Source: Sphingomonadales bacterium
GTDB lineage: Bacteria > Pseudomonadota > Alphaproteobacteria > Sphingomonadales > Sphingomonadaceae
NCBI GenBank assembly: GCA_028289885.1
Contig: JAQGKX010000169.1
Location: 57,817 to 121,816, forward strand
Direction: 5' to 3'
Length of the DNA stretch: 64,000 nucleotides
Positions 10,309 to 20,155 of this stretch are shown piece by piece. The position numbers were made by a program, and so were the translations under genes. The notes beneath the pieces were generated by a model that did not search any database, was not told the DNA's origin, and saw nothing but the letters and a program-made list of their open reading frames with translations. Each line of letters opens with the position of its first letter. Within the stretch, counting starts at the first letter, position 1.

Positions 10309-11124
10309 ATGGAGGCCGCGTCATCCGCCGATCCTGATGTGCGCCGCTATGTCGGGATTGGCGAGGCGCAGGGCGCATCGGGTATGCGGCTTGTCACCAC
10401 GCGCGGCGTGCCTGGGCCATGGGGCGAAGCGGCTAAGGGCATTTTGTACGTCAAGCGCATCCCCTATCTGAGCGTCGCGCAAGAGGCCGGCGAGCCGAAC
10501 GACGCCCTGTTCGCCTGGACTGGCTATAATAACGCACCCGTGATGATCTGGAACGACGAGCCGCCGCGCGCAACTTGGTCCGATATAGTGATGCTTGTCG
10601 AGCGTGTTGCTTCCGCGCCCGCACTGATCCCCGTGGACCAGCGGACCCGGATGGAGATGTTCGGCCTGCTGCACGAACTTTGCGGAGAGGACGGATTTGG
10701 CTGGAACCGGCGCCTCGTCCATTTTGCGCAGGCGCGTGAAGCCGCGGCATCGGCGGGCACGGCAGGACTGGGAAACGTCCAGTTCGAACGCCTGCTGCAG
10801 AAATACCCGGTGCGTCACGACATAGCGCGCGGGCGACGCAGGCTGATCACAATCCTGACCCTGCAATCCGAAATCCTGCGGGCGCAGCGGGCGATGGGTG
10901 GCTCGTATTATTTCGGTAACGCCCTTAGCGCGGCGGACATTTATGGCGCATGTTTTGCTGCGATGGTCAGGCCCCTTCCGCCCGGGCAGTGCGACATCGT
11001 ACCTGAACTGGTCGCGTCGTACACCATGACTGACCCTGAAATCCTCGCGGCGGCCGACCCGCTGATCCTCGCCCATCGCGATTTCATATACACGAACCAT
11101 CTCGAACTACCGCTGCGGTTGTGA
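10309..11124 (+). CDS. Glutathione S-transferase-like protein
   Basis: N-terminal PGPWGEAAKGILYVKRIPY and APV segments, C-terminal YYFGNALSAADIY (GST N-capping-like). Confidence 0.65.
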   Translation: MEAASSADPDVRRYVGIGEAQGASGMRLVTTRGVPGPWGEAAKGILYVKRIPYLSVAQEAGEPNDALFAWTGYNNAPVMIWNDEPPRATWSDIVMLVERVASAPALIPVDQRTRMEMFGLLHELCGEDGFGWNRRLVHFAQAREAAASAGTAGLGNVQFERLLQKYPVRHDIARGRRRLITILTLQSEILRAQRAMGGSYYFGNALSAADIYGACFAAMVRPLPPGQCDIVPELVASYTMTDPEILAAADPLILAHRDFIYTNHLELPLRL

Positions 11125-11153
11125 GCGGTGTCAATTTTGAAAGGAACATTCCA

Positions 11154-11993
11154 ATGAATGATCTTACCGGCAAGGTGGCCGTAGTCCTTGGTGCGTCGGC
11201 AGAGGGTGGAACCGGCTGGGGCATCGCAGAGGGACTTGCGGCAAGAGGTGCGAAGCTGGTGGTTGGTGCGCGCAGTATCGAACCGCTTCAGCGCCTTGCG
11301 GATAAGGTCGGTGGCCTCGCCGTCGGGTGCGACGGCGGCGACCACGACCAGATCGCGGCTCTGCGCGATGCCGCTGTCGCGGCTTATGGCCGGATCGATA
11401 TTGCGGTAAATTCGGCGGCAACGCCCACCCTTAGCCTGATCGCGGACGCAACGCCTGAAATCATGGCGCAGGCGGTGCAGGTCAATTTGTTCGGCATGGT
11501 CTATTTCGTCAAGCTGATGGCGGAGGGGATGAACGACGGAGGTTCGATCATCCTGATCTCGTCGATGAGCGCGACGCACCCGGTTTTCCCGCATTTCGCC
11601 TATGCTGCGGCAAAGGCGGGGACCGAATCCCTGATCAAATATGCCGCCGTTGAATATGGTGGGCGGGGCATCCGCGTGAACGGCATACGTATCGCGACGG
11701 TCATGTCGGAAATGGCAGGTGCGTTCTATCGTATGCCGGGCGTGAGCGAACGTTTCATTCAGGAAATTCCGCTCGGGCGGATGGGGCAGCCCGACGACAT
11801 GGCCGATGCCTGCGCCTGGCTGGCGGGGCCGGCCTATATCACCGGAAGCATGCTCGATATCAGCGGCGGCAATCAGATCAACCGCTTTCCGTTCCTGCAT
11901 GAATTGCCGGGAGGTGATGCCAATTACGAAGGTTCGGGCGCTCTCGCGGATCGGGCGGAGGGCAAGGGATATGTCCCTTCGACCAAGAGATGA
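11154..11993 (+). CDS. Short-chain dehydrogenase/reductase (paralogue of 53564..54355)
   Basis: LGASAEGGTG, NSA, YAAAK. ATG follows AAGGAA. Confidence 0.9.
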   Translation: MNDLTGKVAVVLGASAEGGTGWGIAEGLAARGAKLVVGARSIEPLQRLADKVGGLAVGCDGGDHDQIAALRDAAVAAYGRIDIAVNSAATPTLSLIADATPEIMAQAVQVNLFGMVYFVKLMAEGMNDGGSIILISSMSATHPVFPHFAYAAAKAGTESLIKYAAVEYGGRGIRVNGIRIATVMSEMAGAFYRMPGVSERFIQEIPLGRMGQPDDMADACAWLAGPAYITGSMLDISGGNQINRFPFLHELPGGDANYEGSGALADRAEGKGYVPSTKR

Positions 11994-12003
11994 GCGAATG
12001 CGC

Positions 12004-12031
12004 TTGACGAAATAGTGTGCTGGAATACGAT
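12004..12031 (+). promoter_or_regulatory. Putative sigma70 promoter with an embedded palindromic operator
   Basis: TTGACG (12004-9), 16-nt spacer, TACGAT (12026-31). Operator-like ATAGTGTGCTGGAATACGAT at 12012-12031. Confidence 0.5.
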
Positions 12032-12087
12032 ATGGTTGGGTGACGAGGACGAGACGCCGTGCGAGCGCGATGCCTGTGGAGAGCGAC

Positions 12088-14340
12088 ATGACGACCACCG
12101 ATCTGCGCCAGCATCTGCGTTCCTGTCCGTTCTGCGAGGCGGCGTGTGGAACGCTCGTCACCGCAGATCATGCGGCGCGGACGATTACCGATGTCCGTGG
12201 CGACCCTCAAGACCCCTTTAGCTGCGGGTTCATCTGCCCGAAGGCCTATGCGTTGACCGAACTTCATTCGGACCCGGATCGCCTGCGCCAGCCCTTGATG
12301 CGACGCGGGCGGGATTTCGAGGAGATCGGCTGGGACGCGGCAATGGACCTCGCCGCCGAACGGATTTCCGATATCCAGAAACGCCATGGCACACAGTCGA
12401 TAGCTTATTATTTCGGCAACCCCACCGGGCATAAGGCGCCGCTCCTGCTCTATGGGCGGCTGTTGATGGCGTCCCTTGGCAGCGCGCAGGTCTATTCACC
12501 CGGCACGCTCGACCAGATCCCAAAATTCGTCAGCGCGGCCTATATGTTCGGCGGCCCAACGATCCAGCCGCTTGTCGATCTGGACCGGGTCGAACATCTG
12601 ATCATTATCGGCAATAATCCGGTCGTGAGCCAGGGAAGCATGCTCGTCGCCCCCGGCATAAAACGCAGGATCGAGGCGATCCGGGCGCGGGGCGGTAAAG
12701 TCGTGGTGATCGATCCGCGTCGAACCGAAACGGCAGCCATCGCCGACCGCTTCGTGCCGATCCGACCGGGTACCGACGTGTTCCTGCTGCTCGCCATGAT
12801 AAACGTGATCGCGCGCGACGGCCTGATCCGGCTGCGGGCGGCCGAAGGGCTTGTGAAGAACCTCGATACCCTGCTTGCCATTGCTACGGACTTCCCTCCT
12901 GAGCGGGTCGCGGCGGGCTGTGGCATTTCGGCCGACATCATCGAAAGCCTTGCGCGCGATCTTGCAAACGCCCCGAGCGGCGCGATTTATGGCCGTACGG
13001 GAACCTGCACCCAAAGGTTCGGGACGGCGACATCGTGGCTGATCGACGTGCTGAACACGATAACCGGCAACCTCGACCGCGCGGGCGGCAATTTGTTCTC
13101 AGGCGGCGGCATCCCGATGGGCATGTTGTTCGAGGACAATTGCAAGGATGGGGTGTTCCCCGTTGGACGCTGGCATTCGAGGGTCGGGCATTTGCCCGAA
13201 GCGATTGGGATGTTGCCGACTGCCGCGCTTGCCGACGAAATACTGGTGCCGGGCGAAGGGCAGGTGCGGGGGCTGATAACGCAGGCCGGCAACCTGATGC
13301 TCTCGAACCCGAACTCATCCAAGCTCGCCCGCGCGTTCGAAGGATTGGAGTTCATGCTCTCGTTCGATATTTATGTGAACGAGACCACCCGTTACGCCGA
13401 TCTGATCATACCCGGCCCATCCTATGCCGAACATTCCGATTTCGCGGCGGTCACGGCGTATGAATCGATGCACAAGTTCGTCAAATGGGGGGAGCCGGTG
13501 TTCGATCCCGAACCCGGAATGCCGCACGACTGGGAAATCTTCACCGGCATCGTCGCCCGGATGCGCAGCACCAGCGTGGCAGAGGTCGAAGAGCAATACA
13601 TGGCCGAGATACTGGCCCGCGCGCTGGCTGAGGGCCGACTGGAGGCGCGTGATGTGCCCTTCGAAGAGGCGCGGCGGTTGATCGGCAACGAACCGGGTCC
13701 CGACCGCCTGTTCGATATTCTCATCCGGGGCGGGCCCGAGGGTGATGCCTTTGGTCGCGTACCCGATGGGTTGACACTGGAACGGGTCAAAGCGTTTCCC
13801 CACGGTCTCGACCTGGGGTCGCTTGACGAGAATATGTTGGCCAAGGTGCTGCGAACGCCAGATCGCCTCGTGGATCTCGCCCCACCGCAAATCACCTCTG
13901 AAGTGCCGCGCATCGTGGCGGCGCTCGAGGAGGCTGCAGTACCGGGATCGCTGCTGATGATTGGGCGGCGGGACATTCGTTCAAAGAATGCGTGGATGCA
14001 CAACGTCCACCTGCTCGTCAAAGGAAAGGAGCGATGCACCGCGCTAATCCATCCTCAGGACGCAGCCGAGCGCGGCATATTGGATGGCGCGCTGATACGC
14101 GTCAGCACCACCATTGGCGCAATAGATTTGCCCGCGCATTTAAGCGACGAAATGCTGCCCGGCGTGGTCAGTATCCCCCACGGCTGGGGTCATCGCGATG
14201 CGCTGACGCGTCAGGGTGTCGCCAACGCGCATCCGGGCACCAATGCGAACTCAATCATCGATCAGGCCGTGCTCGACCTGCCGTCGGCCACCACCGTGTT
14301 GAACGGTGTTCCGGTGACGATCGCGCTCGTCATGGCGTGA
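12088..14340 (+). CDS. Molybdopterin (bis-MGD) oxidoreductase, DMSO-reductase superfamily, single subunit
   Basis: [4Fe-4S] motif CPFCEAACG...CPK, VIDPRRTETA, DIYVNETT, C-terminal IHPQDA and PHGWG. Confidence 0.92.
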   Translation: MTTTDLRQHLRSCPFCEAACGTLVTADHAARTITDVRGDPQDPFSCGFICPKAYALTELHSDPDRLRQPLMRRGRDFEEIGWDAAMDLAAERISDIQKRHGTQSIAYYFGNPTGHKAPLLLYGRLLMASLGSAQVYSPGTLDQIPKFVSAAYMFGGPTIQPLVDLDRVEHLIIIGNNPVVSQGSMLVAPGIKRRIEAIRARGGKVVVIDPRRTETAAIADRFVPIRPGTDVFLLLAMINVIARDGLIRLRAAEGLVKNLDTLLAIATDFPPERVAAGCGISADIIESLARDLANAPSGAIYGRTGTCTQRFGTATSWLIDVLNTITGNLDRAGGNLFSGGGIPMGMLFEDNCKDGVFPVGRWHSRVGHLPEAIGMLPTAALADEILVPGEGQVRGLITQAGNLMLSNPNSSKLARAFEGLEFMLSFDIYVNETTRYADLIIPGPSYAEHSDFAAVTAYESMHKFVKWGEPVFDPEPGMPHDWEIFTGIVARMRSTSVAEVEEQYMAEILARALAEGRLEARDVPFEEARRLIGNEPGPDRLFDILIRGGPEGDAFGRVPDGLTLERVKAFPHGLDLGSLDENMLAKVLRTPDRLVDLAPPQITSEVPRIVAALEEAAVPGSLLMIGRRDIRSKNAWMHNVHLLVKGKERCTALIHPQDAAERGILDGALIRVSTTIGAIDLPAHLSDEMLPGVVSIPHGWGHRDALTRQGVANAHPGTNANSIIDQAVLDLPSATTVLNGVPVTIALVMA

Positions 14341-14392
14341 CTGTGAGTACGCCTTTTTGTCCGATACGATCACATATGAGGGAGATTTTGCC

Positions 14393-14806
14393 ATGACCGA
14401 CGCAGGAGCGCTGAGACCGATCGTTATCGATGCCAGCATGTTCGCGGCCCATTTCTACGTGAAACCGGACCAGCGGGATCTTTTCATCACGCACTTCAAC
14501 GCATTGTGGCAGGCCGACGTCGAAACGTTGAAGGCGGCGGTGAATTTTGTTTTCTATGGCTGGGGCCGTGATCCCAACGAGTTCGTCGCAATCGAGTCAT
14601 GGAAAGACGACGATGTGACCACGGCAGTGCGCAAAACCGATTTCTTCCAGGAAAAAGTTGGCGAGTTGCTGTCCCTTTGCAGCAAGCCGATGATGGTCGA
14701 ACTGTATTCGGGAATGAATTCTTCCCGGCAGATTTTCGTCGATCTACCAGCGGGAGAGTCGAAAGTGCATCCCCGCGCTGGCGAGATTTGTGGCGTTTTC
14801 GCCTGA
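14393..14806 (+). CDS. ABM / dimeric alpha-beta barrel protein (putative quinol monooxygenase-like)
   Basis: FYVKPDQRDLF...DPNEFVAIESW pattern. ATG follows GAGGGAG. Confidence 0.65.
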   Translation: MTDAGALRPIVIDASMFAAHFYVKPDQRDLFITHFNALWQADVETLKAAVNFVFYGWGRDPNEFVAIESWKDDDVTTAVRKTDFFQEKVGELLSLCSKPMMVELYSGMNSSRQIFVDLPAGESKVHPRAGEICGVFA

Positions 14807-14890
14807 CCTGAGACGAGCATGTCCAAAGGTGAAGGGGCCCATTTACAACCGTGACCATCGTTCAAACAGGTCAATAGGCGCGCCGCTTAA

Positions 14891-14910
14891 CTAGTTCGCT
14901 TGCATATCGA
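14891..14910. promoter_or_regulatory. Palindromic operator copy
   Basis: CTAGTTCGCTTGCATATCGA upstream of the Gfo/Idh/MocA gene. Confidence 0.45.
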
Positions 14911-15010
14911 ATTGAAGTGTCCGAAGGCTGGTATCAGGACGAATCGGTTACCGCCGCGCGCGAAGGCAACTCAACTGGCCCGCGTGGCCAAAGAACAGGA
15001 GTGGGATAGC

Positions 15011-16117
15011 ATGAGCGAAAAAATCCGGGTTGGCATCATCGGTATGCAACCCGATCGCAGCTGGGGCGCGATCGCGCATATCCCCGCTCTTGCCGCGCTG
15101 TCCAACGACTATGTCGTGACGGCGTTGAGCACCACGCGACAGGAAAGCGCCGATGCTGCAGCCGCGCGTTATGGCGTGCCGCACGCATTCGACAATCATC
15201 ACGCGTTGGTCACAAGCCCGGACGTCGATCTTGTTGCCGTGACGGTAAAGGTGCCTCACCATCTGGAACTCGTCACCGCCGCAATCGAAGCGGGCAAGCA
15301 TGTCTATTGCGAATGGCCGCTCGGCAACGGCATTGCCGAGGCACGACAGATGGCCGCATTGGCCAAATCAAAGGGTGTAAAAGCCGCGATTGGCCTTCAG
15401 GCCCGGCAAGCACCGGTCTTGCGGTACGTTGCTGACCTGATCGGGCAGGGCTTTATCGGGGACGTGCTTTCGACCAGCCTGATCGGTACCGGCATGAACT
15501 GGGGGGAGTATGTAGACCGGCCAAACGCCTATACTGCGGACAAGGCGAACGGCGCGACGGTTCTGACCATTCCCGTCTCACATACGATGGACGCCGTTTG
15601 CAACATACTTGGCGAGGTTGAGTCACTGGTTGCGATCGCCGTCAACCGCCGTAAGCACACGATCCTGGTCGAAACGGGCGAGGCATTGCCCCTGACGTCC
15701 GAAGATCAGATCGTATTTGCAGGGACGCTTTCGGGAGGAGTGGTTGCCTCGCTCCATTATCGGGGCGGCATGTCGAAGGGGCCGGGTCTGATCTGGGAGA
15801 TCAACGGCAGCAAGGGTGACCTCAGGCTTGGTGCATATGGCGGGCACATCCAACTTCTCGATCTGACACTCGAAGGCGCCGGAGCCGACGACCAGCAGCT
15901 GAAGCCGCTGTCCGTTCCCGATCATTATTATTCGACCGCGATTCGTGATGGCGTCGCGCTGAATGTCGCGGAGGTCTACGCACGTTTCGCCAGCGATATC
16001 CGCGATGGAACCTCGCGGTGCGCGACCTTCGACGATGCGGTCGTGCGTCATCAGATGGTCGAAGCGATCGAGCGATCTGCACAAACGGGCAATCGTGTCA
16101 GCCCTTCGGACTGCTGA
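15011..16117 (+). CDS. Gfo/Idh/MocA family oxidoreductase
   Basis: IRVGIIG, AGKHVYCEWP. Confidence 0.92.
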   Translation: MSEKIRVGIIGMQPDRSWGAIAHIPALAALSNDYVVTALSTTRQESADAAAARYGVPHAFDNHHALVTSPDVDLVAVTVKVPHHLELVTAAIEAGKHVYCEWPLGNGIAEARQMAALAKSKGVKAAIGLQARQAPVLRYVADLIGQGFIGDVLSTSLIGTGMNWGEYVDRPNAYTADKANGATVLTIPVSHTMDAVCNILGEVESLVAIAVNRRKHTILVETGEALPLTSEDQIVFAGTLSGGVVASLHYRGGMSKGPGLIWEINGSKGDLRLGAYGGHIQLLDLTLEGAGADDQQLKPLSVPDHYYSTAIRDGVALNVAEVYARFASDIRDGTSRCATFDDAVVRHQMVEAIERSAQTGNRVSPSDC

Positions 16118-16187
16118 CCGCCCACATATCAATTAGCCGTGCGCCTCCGCTAGCCATGGTTGAAGTTTCAACGTTCGGGAGAATAAA

Positions 16188-17087
16188 ATGAGTTTGCTGG
16201 AAGGCCGCGTGGCCATCGTTACGGGTTCGGGGCGGGGTGTCGGTCGGTCTTATGCGCTGATGCTTGCCAAGCACGGTGCCAAGGTCGTGGTGAATGACCT
16301 CGGTTCGGCTGCGACTGGCGCGGCAACCGACGAAAGCCCGGCGGAAGAGGTCGTGTCCACCATCAAGGCGGCTGGCGGGGAGGCGGTGGTCAACACCAGC
16401 GACGTTTCCGACTGGCAGGGCGCGCAGGCGATGGTTCAACAGGCGGTCGACACCTTTGGACGGCTCGACGTGCTGATCAACAACGCAGGGATTCTGCGGG
16501 ATCGCATGCTCGTCAACATGTCCGAAGACGAGTGGGACAGCGTTATCAAGGTGCATTTAAAGGGTACTTTCGCGCCGCTGCATCACGCCGCGAACTATTG
16601 GCGCCAGCAATCGAAGGCCGGCCAGCCCGTCGATGCACGTGTCATAAATACCACGTCTCACTCTGCGTTGTTCGCCAATATCGGGCAGACCAACTATGCG
16701 GCGGCAAAAGGCGGCATTGCGACGCTGACGCAGGTCGCCGCGCGGGAATTGTCGCGGATCGGCGTGACCGTCAACGCGATCGCGCCGCGCGCAAACACGC
16801 GCATGACCGAGGGGCTTCGTGAATATACCGCCGAGCAGCTCGAAAAGCGCAATCCGGACTGGATTGCTGGTCTCGTCGCGTGGCTCGCCAGTCCTGAGTC
16901 CAAGGACATTTCAGGTCGTATCTTCGAAGCATGGGGTTATCGTTATTCCGTCATCGAGAGCTGGCAGCATGGTCCATCGACCGAGCCAAGCACGGACCCG
17001 ACCGAACTGAGCGCGCGCATCCATGAAATCGTGCGCTTTGCCCGGGCAAACGCCGGTATCGACCCTAACACCTGGATGGTTCCCTGA
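16188..17087 (+). CDS. SDR, (3R)-hydroxyacyl-CoA dehydrogenase-like (MFE-2 type)
   Basis: TGSGRGVG, VVVNDLG, NNAGILRDR, NYAAAK. Confidence 0.9.
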   Translation: MSLLEGRVAIVTGSGRGVGRSYALMLAKHGAKVVVNDLGSAATGAATDESPAEEVVSTIKAAGGEAVVNTSDVSDWQGAQAMVQQAVDTFGRLDVLINNAGILRDRMLVNMSEDEWDSVIKVHLKGTFAPLHHAANYWRQQSKAGQPVDARVINTTSHSALFANIGQTNYAAAKGGIATLTQVAARELSRIGVTVNAIAPRANTRMTEGLREYTAEQLEKRNPDWIAGLVAWLASPESKDISGRIFEAWGYRYSVIESWQHGPSTEPSTDPTELSARIHEIVRFARANAGIDPNTWMVP

Positions 17088-17103
17088 ACCGAACGGTGCG
17101 CAA

Positions 17104-18270
17104 ATGCTGATCGAGCCATTTCGCATTGCGATCGAGCAATCGGTTCTGGACGATCTTCGAAGTCGGCTCCAGCGGGTACGCTGGGCCGACGATTTCGACA
17201 ATGAAGACTGGTGCTACGGTGCAAACGTGTCGGCCATCTCCGATCTGACAGGGTTCTGGCTGGAAGATTACGACTGGCGGCAGACAGAGATGGCGATGAA
17301 CGCCTGGCCGCATTTTCGCACCGATATCGACGGTGTGCCGATCCATTTCCTTCATGTTCGGGGCAGGGGGCCAAATCCCAAACCGCTGATACTCAATCAC
17401 GGCTGGCCGTGGACCTTTTGGGACCTGCAAAAGGTGATCGGGCCACTCAGTGACCCCGCAGCCTATGGCGGCGACCCGAACGACGCATTCGACCTAATTG
17501 TGCCGTCGTTACCGGGTTTTGGTTTCTCGAGCCCGTTGCGCACACCCGGCGTGGATTTCGTCCGAACCGCCGAGATGTGGGTCCGGTTGATGGAAGCGCT
17601 TGGCTATCGCCGGTTTGCGACACAGGGCGCAGACTGGGGCTCGTTCATTTCCGCCGAACTGGGTCATCGCTTCGCCGATCATATCATAGGCGTACATACC
17701 CAATTGCTTGCGCCGCTTGGCCTGTTCGGCGGTTCAGAACCTGCGCCCGACCTAGGCGAACTCAGCGAAGGGGAGCAACGCTTTCTGCCGCGCACGCTTG
17801 CCTTTTATGCCGACGGCATGGGCTATTCGCAAATCCAGTCGACGAAACCGCAAACGCCCGCAATTGCGTTGGCTGAAAGCCCGGTCGGTTTGCTTGCATG
17901 GCTGGTCGAAAAAAGATTTGGCTGGAGCGACAGCGGCGGTGACCTGTATCGTCGTTTTTCAAGAACTGACCTGATCGATTCAGCAATGATCTATTGGATA
18001 ACCAATACGTTCGGGACGTCTGCTCGCTATTATTACGAAGCGCGTCATCGCCCGTGGAAACCCGCTCACGATCGCTGGCCACGCGTTGAGGCACCTACCG
18101 GCGTCGCGCATTTCCCGATGGAAATCGTGCATCAGCCGCGAAGCTGGGCCGAACGTTACTATAACGTCCAGCGATGGACTGAAATGCCGGCGGGCGGGCA
18201 CTTCGGCGCAATGGAGGAACCCGATGCCCTTGTCGCTGATATACGAGCGTTCTTCCGCGACCTCGACTGA
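17104..18270 (+). CDS. Epoxide hydrolase, microsomal-type alpha/beta hydrolase
   Basis: YDWR, HGWPWTF oxyanion motif, QGADWG nucleophile, GGHFGAME. Confidence 0.92.
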   Translation: MLIEPFRIAIEQSVLDDLRSRLQRVRWADDFDNEDWCYGANVSAISDLTGFWLEDYDWRQTEMAMNAWPHFRTDIDGVPIHFLHVRGRGPNPKPLILNHGWPWTFWDLQKVIGPLSDPAAYGGDPNDAFDLIVPSLPGFGFSSPLRTPGVDFVRTAEMWVRLMEALGYRRFATQGADWGSFISAELGHRFADHIIGVHTQLLAPLGLFGGSEPAPDLGELSEGEQRFLPRTLAFYADGMGYSQIQSTKPQTPAIALAESPVGLLAWLVEKRFGWSDSGGDLYRRFSRTDLIDSAMIYWITNTFGTSARYYYEARHRPWKPAHDRWPRVEAPTGVAHFPMEIVHQPRSWAERYYNVQRWTEMPAGGHFGAMEEPDALVADIRAFFRDLD

Positions 18271-18352
18271 CCAATAAGCTTGCTTCTGATAAAATGGTGT
18301 GTAGGCTTACCGTTAATGCCGCCAACGGCGGTGAGAGGATGAGGACAGGAAT

Positions 18353-19759
18353 ATGGGCGTGTATGACGCTAAGATGCAGCAGGGTTTCGCAACTGTTGCA
18401 GGGCCGCTGATGGCTGATCTGATCACGCGTGATCCACGCGCAGAACCGGCGCTGAAACAGGAAGGAACCTTTTTCGCCGATTCGAAGAAGGTGAAGTTCT
18501 CACGCTATTACTCGAAAGAATTCGCGGATCTGGAAATGGAACGTGTCTGGAAGAAGTCCTGGCAGGCCGTGGCGCGCGAGGAGGATATTCCAGAAGTCGG
18601 TGATCGCAAGCCGTATGACGTCGGCATGTTATCTTACATCATCATTCGTTCCGGTCCCAACGAATTTCGTGCGTTACAAAATGCATGCCTTCATCGGGGC
18701 ACGCGATTGTGCAACAATTTCATGGCTGGCGAGTCGATCAAATGCCCGTTTCACGCGTGGGAATGGAATACCGACGGTTCCCTGAAAAATGTGCCGAGTC
18801 GCTGGGATTTTCCGGTCGTGAACGACGCAGGGTATCGGCTTCCGGAGGCGAAGGTCGAAACCTGGGGCGGCTGGATCTTCATCAATCCTGATGTCAATGC
18901 GGGCCCACTCGAAGACGCGTTGGGTGTGTTGCCGCAGCATTTCGGTCCACGTGAGTCGGAGCAGCGTTTTACTGCAGTTGGCTTTCGCAAGAAATTGCGC
19001 GGCAACTGGAAACAGGCGCAAGAGGCGTTTCACGAAGCCTATCACGTCATTGAGACGCATACCCAGATCCTGGGATATAATGGCGATACTCAGACCCAGT
19101 ACGACATCTGGGACGATGGCAAATCGCAAATCAGTCGTTCGATCACGCCATCGGCCGTTCCCAGTGGTCACCTTGGTGACGAGGCATCGATGATCGTGGC
19201 GGCCGAAGAATCGATGAAGATGTTTGCGATGCCATTTCCCGGCATCGAAGTGCCCGGTGTGACGTCGGGCGAGACCGGGCGGGCGGAGGTTGCCGAGTGG
19301 CGACGCCAGACTGTCGGTGCAATGCTGGGCGTCGATTTCTCGGAGAACTCCGATTCCTACATGCTCGACGCCAACCAATATTACATGTTTCCCAACTTCT
19401 GGCCGTGGTGGGGCGAAGGATTGCCGCTGACCTACCAGTTCATGCCGTACAAGGACGATCCGAATTGTTGCGTCATGGAGGTTCGCCTTACACTCCCGGT
19501 GCCGGACAACGGACCACGCCCGCCAGCGGCCGAACTGGTCGAGCTCGACTTCGACCAGCCGGTTTCATCCGTGCCGGAAATGGGCATCATGGCAACGATC
19601 TTCGATCAGGATTTCAGCAACATTCCATTGGTACAGATGGGACTGGTATCTACCGCCAACCCGGAGGCCGAAGCGACACTGGGGCGTTATCAGGAAAGCC
19701 GGATACAGGCGTTTCACGATATGATCGATCGAAAGATTGCAGCCGGAACCCACGCCTGA
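18353..19759 (+). CDS. Rieske non-heme iron oxygenase alpha subunit #1
   Basis: CLHRG...CPFH Rieske site. EAYHVIETH and DQD mononuclear Fe ligands. Confidence 0.95.
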   Translation: MGVYDAKMQQGFATVAGPLMADLITRDPRAEPALKQEGTFFADSKKVKFSRYYSKEFADLEMERVWKKSWQAVAREEDIPEVGDRKPYDVGMLSYIIIRSGPNEFRALQNACLHRGTRLCNNFMAGESIKCPFHAWEWNTDGSLKNVPSRWDFPVVNDAGYRLPEAKVETWGGWIFINPDVNAGPLEDALGVLPQHFGPRESEQRFTAVGFRKKLRGNWKQAQEAFHEAYHVIETHTQILGYNGDTQTQYDIWDDGKSQISRSITPSAVPSGHLGDEASMIVAAEESMKMFAMPFPGIEVPGVTSGETGRAEVAEWRRQTVGAMLGVDFSENSDSYMLDANQYYMFPNFWPWWGEGLPLTYQFMPYKDDPNCCVMEVRLTLPVPDNGPRPPAAELVELDFDQPVSSVPEMGIMATIFDQDFSNIPLVQMGLVSTANPEAEATLGRYQESRIQAFHDMIDRKIAAGTHA

Positions 19760-19783
19760 CCGTTGCATTCCGTGTGGCATAAT

Positions 19784-19803
19784 ATAGTACGCTGTAGAAC
19801 CAG
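19784..19803. promoter_or_regulatory. Palindromic operator copy
   Basis: ATAGTACGCTGTAGAACCAG upstream of the lipoyl-domain gene. Confidence 0.45.
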
Positions 19804-19856
19804 AGCAGCGCGTCTGGAAATGGCGCGCTGTTGCTATCGGATGGAGATATCACACT

Positions 19857-20087
19857 ATGGCGACCGAAATCCTGCTGCCGAAGCTCGGCTTTTCGATGAA
19901 CGACGGTCTGCTCGCCGAATGGCTGGTATCGGACGGTGGTGCCGTGAAGGAAGGCGAACCGTTGTTTGCGCTCGAGAGCGACAAATCGACACAGGAAGTC
20001 GAGGCACCGGCATCGGGAACCCTTAAGATTATCGCGCAGCCTGGTGAGACCTATCTTGTCGGGACCGTCCTTGGCGAGATCGTTTGA
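19857..20087 (+). CDS. Stand-alone lipoyl (biotinyl/lipoyl attachment) domain protein
   Basis: 76 aa. LPKLG, ESDKS (lipoyl-lysine hairpin), EAPASGTL. GGAG RBS. Confidence 0.9.
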   Translation: MATEILLPKLGFSMNDGLLAEWLVSDGGAVKEGEPLFALESDKSTQEVEAPASGTLKIIAQPGETYLVGTVLGEIV

Positions 20088-20155
20088 CGACAAGAGAGAC
20101 CGACGACCCTTTTATCGACCGGCTCAAATAAAATAATCTGCCAGCAGGAGCGGGA

